Below, one piece after another: positions 16,455-28,400 of a stretch of DNA of 37,851 nt. The translations under genes were made by a program, and so were the position numbers. Every line of letters begins with the position of its first letter. The stretch's first letter is position 1. The DNA is from Opitutia bacterium. GTDB taxonomy: Bacteria; Verrucomicrobiota; Verrucomicrobiia; Opitutales; Seribacteraceae. The notes beneath the pieces are model-generated. The model had not been told where the DNA came from. It was given only the letters and a program-made list of their open reading frames with translations, and made no database searches. The stretch spans positions 1 through 37,851 of the forward strand of contig JABHOU010000189.1 in NCBI GenBank assembly GCA_018695085.1, given 5' to 3'.

Positions 16455-19400
16455 TCATTTAGTTTTCTCCTTCCAGCTATTCTCGTCAAAATCAAAGTAT
16501 CTCGGATGAACGGCTTTTGGATCCCAATACCCCCAACCCGAGCCCGTTTGCCGAACAAGATAAAAGTGGGGGAAGAAGGTTGGATTCGACCACCACCACA
16601 CCTCTAGCTCTACATCCCAAAACCAAAACCCTCCCGTTCTGTCTGAAACAACGTAAAGCCAACCAAGACTCTCATGAAATACCCATGAAGAGCCGTTGGT
16701 AAAAAAGTCTCCAAACCATTCGGATTGACGCCAGTTTTGAGCCCCATCCACTTCTGCGGCGCTCAATCCAAGAGCATTGCCGCGTTTCACGGTAACGGTT
16801 GCTGTCCCGTAAAGGCCGTTTCCGTCGGCCAAACGCAACGCGACGACCATGGCTTCACCGACGGACAGGTGGTCAGCCTCGTCCTCATCCGCCACCAAGA
16901 GTTGTCCTTGCTCGCTCAAGGAAAAAGCGGCGACCCCATCCTTGTCAGTATCAGGATTGCCCGAACTAATGGAAAAGCCTACGGTATCTCCATCCGCATC
17001 GGCCCCATGAAGATTAAGGATGGTTACTCCCTGAATCCACTGGTCGGCAGGCAGGGCGATCTCCGCATTGGACGCCGTGGGTGGGAAGATGTTAACGCTC
17101 CCATTGTAGTCGGACGTTTGCCCGGAAAGCAATTCCTTGCTTTTGGCGGTTGCCAAGGTGGCGGGTGTTCCTCCTTCGAGCCGCAACTTCTCGTATCCCT
17201 GCACTATGCTATCTTCAACAACCGCTTGAATCTTTGCCAATTCGACTGCAAGCGTATCAGGAGCAGTCCCTTTAGCAAGAGACTCAACGATCATTCCATC
17301 GGCCGCCACGGACATTTGGGCCGCTCCGGCCAAATCTTCGGCGGTAACACCGGCAACACCCAAAGTCGTTACCACGCTTGTAAGAACATTCTGCATTTCG
17401 CTCGCATCGCCAAGGGGAGAAGCTGCACCACTGGCAATTTTGGCGGCAACTTCAGAAATCAATTGAGCAGAGATCGATTTTCCCGAAGCATTTCCGTCCG
17501 AGGCGTATTTCACGAAGGCCGCCCCCTGCCGAATTGCATTGGCGACCCGAGCGCTTGCGGCAAGAGCTTGACTAGCATTGGCATCTCCCTCCGCGGCTGC
17601 AGCAATGGGATCATAATTGAACAAGTCCAAGGAAGCTGACAACCCCAGTGCCTCCGCCACCTTGGATTTAGCGTCTTCCCGAGAGAGCCCTTGCTCGACA
17701 AAGGCCGAGGAAAGAGTGCTAAGGGGATTTACGACCGTTGAGTTGGCATCAGCTACGTAAAGTCCCGTAAAAGGTTCGAGTGTCGAAGAATCAGTTCCCC
17801 CGTAAACGAGTATTCTACCCTCTTCAGGATCTATGGCTCCGTTTTTATTGGCATCTGCCTTCAAAAACTCTTCCTCCGTGAATGAAAAGGAAAATGCACC
17901 GCTTTCATCGGTAAGCACTGGGCTCGACAGATCGTGAGTACCATTTCCGTCAATATCGAAAACAACGCTTGCCCCAACCAGATATCCATCCATCGCCTTG
18001 CCTGCGATGGTGTAGTTCCAGTCTGCTACGTAAATGGTTCGCTTGGTGGCAATCTCGTTGCCGGAATCATCGACTACCGAATAGTTAAGTTCATAAGTTC
18101 CGGTAACGTTTTCATCTAAAGATCCTGAAACCATCACCCTGTTGAAAAGATCGCCGTCCACGGTATCGAGAGCCGAAAAACCGGGCTCAACGAAGGGTTC
18201 GCCTTTGTTCAGGTTCATGGACGGACTGCCAAAGAGTAACAGATCTGGAGCAATGGTATCTACAATTTCCACTTTTCTCGTGGCAATCGCTTGGTTTCCT
18301 GCGATGTCTTGAACAATATAATTCAAATTGTATAACTGCAAAACGGTTCCCACGTCACTAGAACCCCAACCCAAAGGGGGAGCCAAAGTCGCTAGCTCGA
18401 CGCCCACTTTGTGCGTCAAGTTGCCGTCGACGACGTCAATGGCCGAATAGCCCGGATCTTCCCATTCCGTGCCCGCTTCATAAGTCACTAAATCGCCAGC
18501 AAACAATGAAATCTCCGGCGCTTTGCTGTCGCGAATTACAATTGTCCGAGTAACGGTACCAGTGCTACCCGCAGAATCGGCAGCCGTGTAGATCAAGTGG
18601 TACACTCCTGGTGGCGCGAGTGCGGAAACCTTTAGGGTTCCGCTCCCTTGGGTTGCGTTCAAGTCATCGATGGTAATTATTCCAGTCGCATTTCCATCTT
18701 CGCTAACGGTTTTAGGATCAATTACCCCATCATAATCATCGCTGGCCAAGGGCTTCAGATGAAAAACTTCATCCCCGGGATTAAGATAGACGGCTTTTTC
18801 TTTACCGTCACCTCCAATGACCGATTCAGCCATTGGCAACAAGGTGAGGAGGGGCGGCGGATCTTTAACGACAAAATTTACCTGCGAACGATCCTCGGAG
18901 AGACTTCTGTCCCACGAGCCGGAATAGTTGCCCACCGGCTCACCGTAATCGTAAGCTTTGTTGCTTGGGTCACCACTTTCACCACGATCAATAAAAGCAT
19001 GTATGTTGTAAGTTTTTCCTGTTGGCAAATTCTTGAAAAAATAAAAGGTTGCGGACGAGGGGGTGAGAGGTTTGTCACCTCCTAAATAGGAACTGACGTC
19101 TTTGTTCTCCTCAAAAACCGGCACCCCCTCCTCCTCGGGAATGGCCAAAACATAGAGGGTGCCGTTCATCTCTCCTTGAAAGTAAACCGTTCCGGATATG
19201 CCGGCTCCACCCTTTTCCGGGTTTAGAGGATCCAGACCAAAACTCACTTCAAGCCCATCGGGCCAGCCATCCCCATCGGTATCAGGATTTTTCGGATTAG
19301 TTCCGGTATTGTTTGCGTCAACGTATGTGTTCGTATTGGTTTCGACGCCATCGAGCAAGCCATCGGCATCGGTGTCGGCATTATTGGGGTCGGTTCTTAA

Positions 19401-22400
19401 GGTCGTTTCGCTTCCGTCGCCAAGACCATCCCCGTCGGTGTCGGCCTTCCAGGGATTGGTACGATAGCTAAACTCCAAGGAGTTGTTCAGTCCGTCGGTA
19501 TCGTTATCGTCATCCCAATCGATAAAACCTTCCCGAACCGTATCGAAATGGAGGTCCGACCACAGTTCCTTTTCCGTCAGTTGAGCCCTATGGGATGCTT
19601 CCAGACGCACCTTTTGCTCAAGCAAACCCAAAGTCGCCTTCAGCCAAAGCCCACCGCCGACCAAGGCGGTCAAGTTGGCATCGGTTCCGGTCTGGCCTTC
19701 CGGGCGGGACAAACGAATGCCGGAAATCACCGAATAACCGCTCCCGCCCTCAACCACTTCGATTGCCTTGACCGAGCCGGTAGAGTTGACTTCGGAAATG
19801 CGAGCGAAGGCACCCGAACCATCGCCAAAGATTTGAACAAGGGTGGAGTTGTCGTCCGAATAACCCGTGCCTCCGCCATCCACTCGAACAGATGCCACTT
19901 TTCCCGATCGCAGGGTGGAGCGCAATATCAAGGTCGTGGAATTACCGTCAATAGTGCTGAGAGATGCCAACTTCGTTAAGTTCCCCTCGGTCGAATTGAA
20001 GTCAAACTCTAGTTCCCACTTTACGTTATCGGTATCCAGAAGCGTACCGTTTCGATCGTAGCCCTTTGCGGTAAAGGTCATGTTCAAGTCACCCGCTACA
20101 GATGATGAAATTGGCATTTCAACCGAATTATCACCAGCCGAAGGTGAGATTATGAGGTGAGATGCGTTGGCATCCACCGCAGCCTTTCTTCCCATCCAAT
20201 AGGCATCGTCAAGCCTATCGAATAAGTAATCTTCCCTGAAGTCCAAGCCTGATATTGTGGATCCGTAAAACACCGTAAAACTATCAGCCGAATTATGGTT
20301 GGATGAATTTACATCCACAATCTGTATGTCGAGAGATCCGTCAGGATTAACGGTCGTAGAAAGATTGGGTATGCCCCTGCCGGTGTTTTGTGGATGTGGA
20401 GTAATCGAAAACACAGGTATGGTCCCCGGTCGAAAACCAACCCCGATCCCCTTTAAGTTTTTCTTCGTAGAGGTCGACTCTCCCTGACGCAATACGTCCT
20501 CCGGCCAAATGAGACTGCTCAAGCCTACGCCATTTTGGTCGGTTTCCAGCCTAAGTGAAGGAATGCCCGGGACGTAAACCACATGGGTAACGGTCGAATT
20601 GCCGTCCTCTCGGAAGGTGATTTCCTCCAAGTTGGAATCCTCCGCAAGCACGGCAGCATTGTATAACCCCGGCTCGAGGTTAGGAAACGAATAATAACCG
20701 TTGCTGTCGGTATAGGAAATCCACGCGTCGGGCAGGTACGCCCAAGAATATATGTTTTCGCCAAGAATTTCTGTCTCATGAACCCTTATCGCATCTTCAA
20801 AAGAGACACTGCCTCGTTCTTTTGAGATGCGTGAAATTGAAAGGTCTGCATCTTCAAAAGAAAAGCTCGTGATAACCCCCAAAGCCGACATCGCCCCACT
20901 TTGCCCGTTGAGCTTGCGCCAAAACTGGTCCACTTCATTTTCGGGGTCGTATTCCTTGCTCAGATTCCCAGAGACAAAAGTGGCGAGAGCTTCGTAGGCA
21001 TCCGCCCCCCACCATACGACGTCTCCCTTGTGATATTTGCCCGGTTCCCACTTGGTCACGACTCGCCAGTCGAGCGAAGGAGCCGAGTCGAGAGTATGAA
21101 TTTCTCCGCCCAATCCCTCGCGATCCCAATCCGAAAGAGAATAACTGGAGAAAGAAGGAAACGAATCGTCCACCACAACGTCCATGAAGCGCCGGTGGGA
21201 CAATGGATTATAATCGATACCCCCGTTGCGCCCGACGCTGGTCAACTTGTAGGCGTCCTCCCCTTCCAGGTTTGCACGATGAACTTCCACCACTGGGATT
21301 TCCCCGAAAACAGACCGCCACATGCCGTTGGCTTTATATGTTCCGTTGCCATCGAGAACCATTTTGCTCAACCCCTTGGTGAGGAAAGTGGTGGCGCAAG
21401 CGTCTCTGAAACTTTTGGCGTGACTGGAATTGAAATCGATGCGGATGGAAGGGGCATCGGCACCGTAACCAATGCCGTGGTCATGGATCGTGAATTCGGA
21501 AATCTGATCACCCGCGGAGTCACGAGGAATGGGCAATCCAAGATAAATACTCCCCCCGAGGGGCGATAACCTTTCGCGATATTCGTCCACGACCACCACT
21601 CTTGCCACTTCATTCAAGGCCCAAGGCCGTTCGCCAAACCCCTGTCCCGCCCCGGCGGGAAGAGTTACCGGACCAAGTTCTTCGTTCTTAAGGGCTGGGT
21701 CGTCATAAACCAACCGGACCATTTTTCCGTTGTTATTAAAAACGGGTATTACATCCACTCCCGAGCCCGTACCCATCACAAAGACCTCTGGGCAAGCGTA
21801 TCCGGCCCCGGGATTGTCAACGATTATTTCCACGATCTGCCCATTACGGAAGATTGGTGAACATTTAGCCTGAAATTCCTTATCTACGTTATATGTTGCT
21901 GAAATTTCTACGCGCGGATCAAGGTAACTATTGCCCGCCTTCTCCACAATCACTTTGACAACCCTGCCATCCACTACTTTGGCAAAGGCAGTAGCTCCCG
22001 TGCCAGTTCCCGCATTATCGGTAATCTTGACCAACGGAACATTGTGTATCATGGAAGAGGATTGGATTGGTATTTCATCAAGTGACCCGCCCAAGCGCAT
22101 GGTAACGTTGGCTTCCTTGGTCGGCTTCTGTCCCGCGTTGACCAAGACCACTTTGGGGGTGTTGTTGGCGTCTAAGTTAAAATAGCCTCGACCGCCATCC
22201 GTAACGAGGATGGCAGCGACCATTCCGCTGCCATTGTTCTCTAAAAAAGCACGTGCCCGAGCACCAATTCCTCCGCCTCCCGTAATGGAGACAAAGGGAG
22301 GTCGACTGTAGCCGGAACCGGGATCCAACAGTTCGATGGCATCCGCCGAAAGGGTTCCGTTCTCGTCCACTTTGTCGGGATTGATACGAGCTCGGGTATG

Positions 22401-25400
22401 ATTCAGGTCCCTGTAGTTCGATGGAGTCGTGTACCCGCCATGGAAGTTTACTTCAGCGGGCACGGAGTAGCCGAGCCCACCGTCCAAAATCTGTATGCGT
22501 GACAACACGTTCGTAAAAGACACACTTTTAGCATTTACTTGGCGCGCTTTGGTCGCATTCAAATCGAAATAAATCGTGGGCGGCTTCACCCAGCCGGAAC
22601 CGTAATCTTTTCTCTCGGGGTTTATGCGCATAGCCTTGACTTCGTACTTTCGGGGAGCTACGCCCCGAGCAACGTCCAGCTTGTCGGAGAGAAAGACCTC
22701 GACCACGGGCGGTTTCTCTTCAACTGGATCATCTCCGATGAAGCGCAACCACCGCTCCGGGTTGCGCAATTTCAATTGACCGTCATTGGCGTCATAGAAA
22801 ACGTCTTCGGTTCCCCAAAACCTATTGTCCGATGCCGGATAATAAACAACGTCTCCGTTATCTTTCGTCGTTATTTCCGGAAAATGCCTTAAAATGATGG
22901 TTCCGTCTTCGTTCTGATATTGGGTTCCCTCTAACATACAGAGGTTTTTTTCCTCTTCACTTAGCCCGGCGAATCCGTTTTCGGTTAGGGTATCAAAAAT
23001 GGCGTCGAGGGTGGAGTTCCTTTCGACGTCAAGGTCATAGGGTCCGTTGCCGGGCCTTCTTAAAATGAATCCATGAATAGCTTGTTCCCTCATTATGGAC
23101 TCGAATCGAGGCGGTATTGAGCCCTTGCCCCGAATACGCACGTCCCCTTCCGAAAACCCCGGATCCGAATATCCATGACCTGGATCGGTTATCAAGACCG
23201 ATTCCTCAGGATCAAGATAAAACAGGTGGCTGCCGGTGGCGTTGTCATCGGTTTTGGAACCACCGATGACAATCGTGGGGGGAGCTCGAAATCCAAAAAC
23301 ACCTTGCACCGGTCCCGGCCAAGGCGGTGAAGAATATTGGGAAGACGCAAATGGATGCGCCCATACGAAACCTCCGCCGGCTATGTATGCACTACCGTTG
23401 TCGTCGACGTATTCGACGTATCTGCGCTTGATCTCTTTGCCATCAGGCAATTGTATGTCCAAAGCCTTGCCCATGTCCTTGGTAAGCAGAACGCTTTCCA
23501 CGCCTGTCGGTTGGAGAGCGAGAACACCGTTGGCTGTTTGGCCTTCGCTATGTTCATACCTTTGCCAGACGGCGGCAGGGTAAATGTGAAGGGAGTTGTT
23601 CTTCATGAGGTTCAAGGCTTCAGGTTTCGTGTTGTTGTTCTCACGAATGGCGGAATAGGTGGAGTAGTCGGCTATTTCGGTTTTTCGATAACGAACCAAA
23701 TCGCCTTCCACATAAGTGGCGCAGGCATCCCACGGCTCCGGCTCATTGGATCCAGGAGGTGTGTCGCCCGGAGAAAAAGTTACCTTCGGGGTCTCCTTGT
23801 AGCCTGCTCCGGGGGCGGTAACTTTAACCGTTCCCACCGAATCCACGCGAGCCTCCAAAGATGCTCGAAAGACATCTTTGGCACTGGGGCGCAAATCGTA
23901 TAAAAAAGAAATTTCGGGTGCCTCAAGCACGCGATCGAAAACCCATACTTCATCTAGTTGGCCAATGAAATAATTGGTTTGGTTTGCCTCACTGGTTTGG
24001 TGGCGACCGATTGCCATATAATCTATGTTTTCAACATCGGCGAAAAAGCCACGGGGAGCGTTTTGCCCATCTGCTGCAGTACGCAAATCCACAGCTTTTC
24101 CATCGACGTAAAACAGTGAGCTCACCTCGTTAACGACAAGCAGCCCATGGTGCCAATCGTCATCGTTGAAGGTTTCTGTGGTGTAGACACGGGTTATTTC
24201 CGCTCCGCCGTTGGACACAAGGAATTGGATTTGGCCCGTATCTCGAACCATAAGTCGAAAGAAGGAATCCGGGTCATCTTTGTCAGAGGCGGCAAGAATA
24301 GTACCGTCAACGGGCGTTCCGTTCGCTAAAGATAGCGTCTTGAACCAAAAGCTCACACTGCCCGTGCTGAGGGGTGCAAAGTCTTGGGCGGCCTGTGACA
24401 GGTCGACGTATCGGGTGCCATTGAAATCGATGCCGTCGTTTGGATTGCCCGGCACTACCCCGGCGTCCAGCTCGTCGGGATCGTTCATCGGCATGTCCAT
24501 GGCGACGCCGTGTCGGTTTTGGCCGGAAAGATCGAGAAACAAATCGCCCGACAGTTGGCGAATCTCCCGAGGCTCCAAAGCCCGATCGAAGACGCTGACT
24601 TCGTCTATAAAGCCATTAAGGTATTCGGTAGTTGGGGTTTCCGTAAAAGCCTTACCTAGAATAAAGTCCGAGGCACGCCCAGAGATTTTGTTAAAGTTGC
24701 CAGCAAGAGTAAAGGTCTTGCTGGCCACAAGTTCACCCATCACATACATGGTCGCAGTCGCGGAGTCCTCGTCGAAGGCATAGGCGACGTGCGTCCATTC
24801 ACTGGCATTTAAATCACCGCCCGACAAAACAACATTGTCGGCTGAACCACTATTTTCCTCTGCTTTGTATAGAATTCCAACAAAGTCAGACGTATTCCAG
24901 TAAAGCGAAAAGGCATTCGTCCCGCTTTCTTTCTGAGAGGCTAACCCATGAAAACTGCCGTTACCGTCGGGCTTCACCCACAACGAAACGGTAAAGGAAT
25001 CGCCAAGAAATTTGTTTTTGTTAGGTGAATCGGGAGCAAGGTACTCCTCGACGGTAGAATTACCTTGAAGCCGTATGGCTCGACCTCGAATGCCCCACTC
25101 GGAGCGATCGGCGATGAAGACGCTAGCGTTCAGTTCCATGGTGGCGTTGTAATCGGTAGTTTGACCGAGAACAGGAGTGGCCCCGATATGATGATCTGAA
25201 GAAGAGGTGGAGTTCTCCTCGTCCATCGACCAATGGGCTTTCAAGCTCTGGGTAATGGGACGAAGCCAGCCCGGGGAGGGTTCCAGCATAAGCTTGTCCT
25301 TGCGGGGATAGTAATTCTGTCGGAATAAAGATTCCTCGCGATCGAAAGACCAGTAGGCAAAAGGATTGGGGGGGTACAAGGCGATCGCCAGGGTGGTGTT

Positions 25401-28400
25401 GAGGTCATAACTTTCACCTTGGTCGGCAAGGGAAACTTCCTTGAGCTTATCCGGTTCCGTTTGGCCTTTTTCGTTCGTGACCCCCATCTTTTTGGTCGAG
25501 GCGGATGCCTCCACGCCGCGTCCTACCACGGCGATGGATGGGGAATCCGGATAGCCCGCACCGGCCTCTAAAACTATGATGGTACCCACTCCATCCACAT
25601 AGGCTTTGGCCGTGGCATTTGCCTCTGCGTAATCTTCCCAGAGACTTTGGCGATTAATGGTGACCAACGGGGGGAAATCCGGGTGATGACCATTGCCGCC
25701 ACGAGCACCCGACACTTTGCGGGTACGAATTTTTTTCACCCCTGTCGGCGCAAGGAGAGACTTTGCATATGGCTTGTAAACGATCCTGTATGGTGTGAAA
25801 ATTGAGCCATTGTCCTCAAGATATTCGACATAGGAACGAGTAAGGTTGCTTTCGTAAGAGTCAAAAATTCCGCCATCGAGAACAACTTCCGGGTTTTGCT
25901 CGTAGCCAGAGCCCGGATCTTCCACTCTGGGAGAGAAAATGAGCCTCAACTCCACCTTGGCGGGCTCGCTGTCCGGGGCGGAATAAAAAGTGATTGGATA
26001 ACCTTTCGCGGACGGCTCGTACTCAAAGCGATGAATCTCCCCTCGTCGAAACTCTAGACGAGGCGACCTTTGGCCATCGATAAAGAATTTCGTGGTGTCC
26101 GCCAGGCCGGCCGGTATCCGAGAAGATAAAAGGTCGCCCGATACGGTAACCACGTGCTGAATGATCGGGGCCTTTTGCAGGACGACCCTCGCCCCCTGCA
26201 CGGGTCCGGTGGTGGACTCGACCACACCCTCGATGCGCGAAATGCCGGCTTGCTCGGGTTCGCCCACGGCAAGAACTACGGTTTGCGAGGATACGCCACC
26301 CTTCATGTCGGAAACCACGGCACGAAGGTTATGGTTCCCCACGGAGTCGAAAGTCTTAATTATCGTTGGCTGGTTTAGGTAGGCGTCGCCAATAAGAGGT
26401 CTCTCGTCGTGATACCAAGAGAAAGCATATCGCGAAAGGTTGGCGTCCCCGGACAATATGACCGTGAATTCGACTCCCTGATTTACCTCCGGGCGAAGGT
26501 TACTTGTCTGCAAGGAGAACAATGGGGCGGAAGCGTTACCATCTGCAACCGTTCCGACGTTCAAGGCGACTTCCAAATATTCCATGGGAGAATTTCCTCC
26601 GCGTGAGATGGGAGTAATGTGCACGTCGCTATCGTAGTCCGAATAAGTCTGCCCTAGCATTAAGGAACCATCGGTAAAGTCATCCGGCGTGTTGCGGGTG
26701 AGATCCAGCAAAACGTTGTCGGCGCCATCGGCGTTTATCAAGTTCAGCCCGTTTTTTGTTGCGGATTGCCTGTAAGAAACGAGATAGGACCAGTAAGGAG
26801 CTTTCGAGGAGGCATGCAAACGAATGGCTCGTAATCCCTTGGCGGAAGACGGTGAACGATCTCGCAATTCGGCTTTGACCGGTGTTTGACCCGCAAATAC
26901 CTGAATCCAAGCAGAATCAAGCAAGAGAGATTTGTTTTGATCGTCAAGCAACTCGATTCTCGGCTCTTCCGAAAAACCGATACCAGGACTCGTAATCGTC
27001 AACTCGTAACTGCGCTTGGACCCAGTAGCCGTAGCGGTTACTTCCGTGCCTGGCCCGCCAATGGAGACGGTAATGCTTCCGGAAGGAAAATCTTTCGGCA
27101 AGTCAATGTTAGCCGGCACCGCTACTGTATAGGACCCCAGCCGCAATGGATAAGGTGCGGAGCCGTAATCGTGTCGGTAGACCCGAAAAACATTTTGTCG
27201 AGTGGCGTTCGGTTCACGCCATATGCTTGCCGCAATATCTGCTCCGGAAGCGAGAAAGGTCGCGTCTGCTCCTGAAGCATTCCCTTCCTCGTAACCAAAC
27301 TGAGCAACGATTTTGGCTGCAACAGTAAGATCGGCTCCGATACCTCCCGTGCCCATGACGGAATATGGATTGCCGTAATCGATCACTCCGCCTTCGTCGC
27401 TAATTGCCTTCTCGCCAACGGACTCGTATCGATTGGCATGCTGAAACCCAAAATTATGCCCAAGCTCGTGGGCCGCGACACCTGCTTCCCAGCTTGACGC
27501 CGTGACATGTGAACCCGGGGCGCCCACCTTGCCCAAACCGCCAGAACCGCATGTGGTGATCGAGATCCATGAGACCGCAGTCCTGCCGACCTTGGCCGTA
27601 AGCGTAGCGTTGGGGTCGTCATTTTTGTTTTCATGCTCTCCCTCGACCGTAACCGTGGGAACGGCAGTATAATCTCTTCCAGTATCAGTGACCAAAACCG
27701 ATGCTATGCTGCCATTCGAATCAAGAAACGCCTCGGCTTTTGCGCCGCTTCCACCGCCGCCTTCTATTCGAACAAGGGGAGGGTAAAGGTAGCCACCTCC
27801 ACTTGCACTCACCTCTATACCAGTCACTCCCTTGAAGGCGGGTCCATCGAAATCCCAATCCTCGGGGCTCACTTGAGCGGCGATGGTCTTGGGAAGATCA
27901 ATATCGACTTCGCAAGCCTCCACGATCTCGTCGTCCCCGAACATCGTGTGCTTCGACCATTTCCGTGTCGGCATGGTCACGGTTCCAGTGATTACATAGT
28001 CGAGGTTGAGTTTGTAATCGGAATTTCTTTGGTAAAATTCTCGTACTTTTTCCATTACTTGACGCACTTGAAGTCCAGTAACAGGCTCGAAAGCATCTTG
28101 CTGCTTGTCGGGATTTATTATGTTGCCATCCTCGTCAACCACAGGCTTGGAAGATCCGGCATATTCCACGCCCTCATCCTGATAACGAGCTCGGATGACC
28201 AACACTTTTCGGTTGTCGGAAATGGGAACGTCACTAGCATCGGGCTGGTCGCCCAAATCCATTTCTATTACATAAGGCAGGTGGAAGGTATGGTTAAGGT
28301 CCCGCCACACTCCGCCAGCATTCCAGTCCATAACGGCAAAGTCCTCCGCCTCAGCAAGCACGGGGTTCGTTGCGTTGTCATTTTCGCCAACCGCCCAATT

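Noticed and set aside
16725-17639. A 304-aa + strand ORF antisense to the 3' end of the 4390-aa gene
   Set aside because: Same reasoning as above. The opposite strand encodes the cadherin-like and Ala-rich helical regions in one continuous frame. The + strand product is low-complexity (G/R/S/C-rich).
20901-21569. A 222-aa + strand ORF. Similar cases lie at 19548-19979, 23337-23903, 24211-24783 and 18648-19085.
   Set aside because: All are embedded antisense in the giant ORF, lack motifs and have no plausible start context. I treat them as shadow ORFs.
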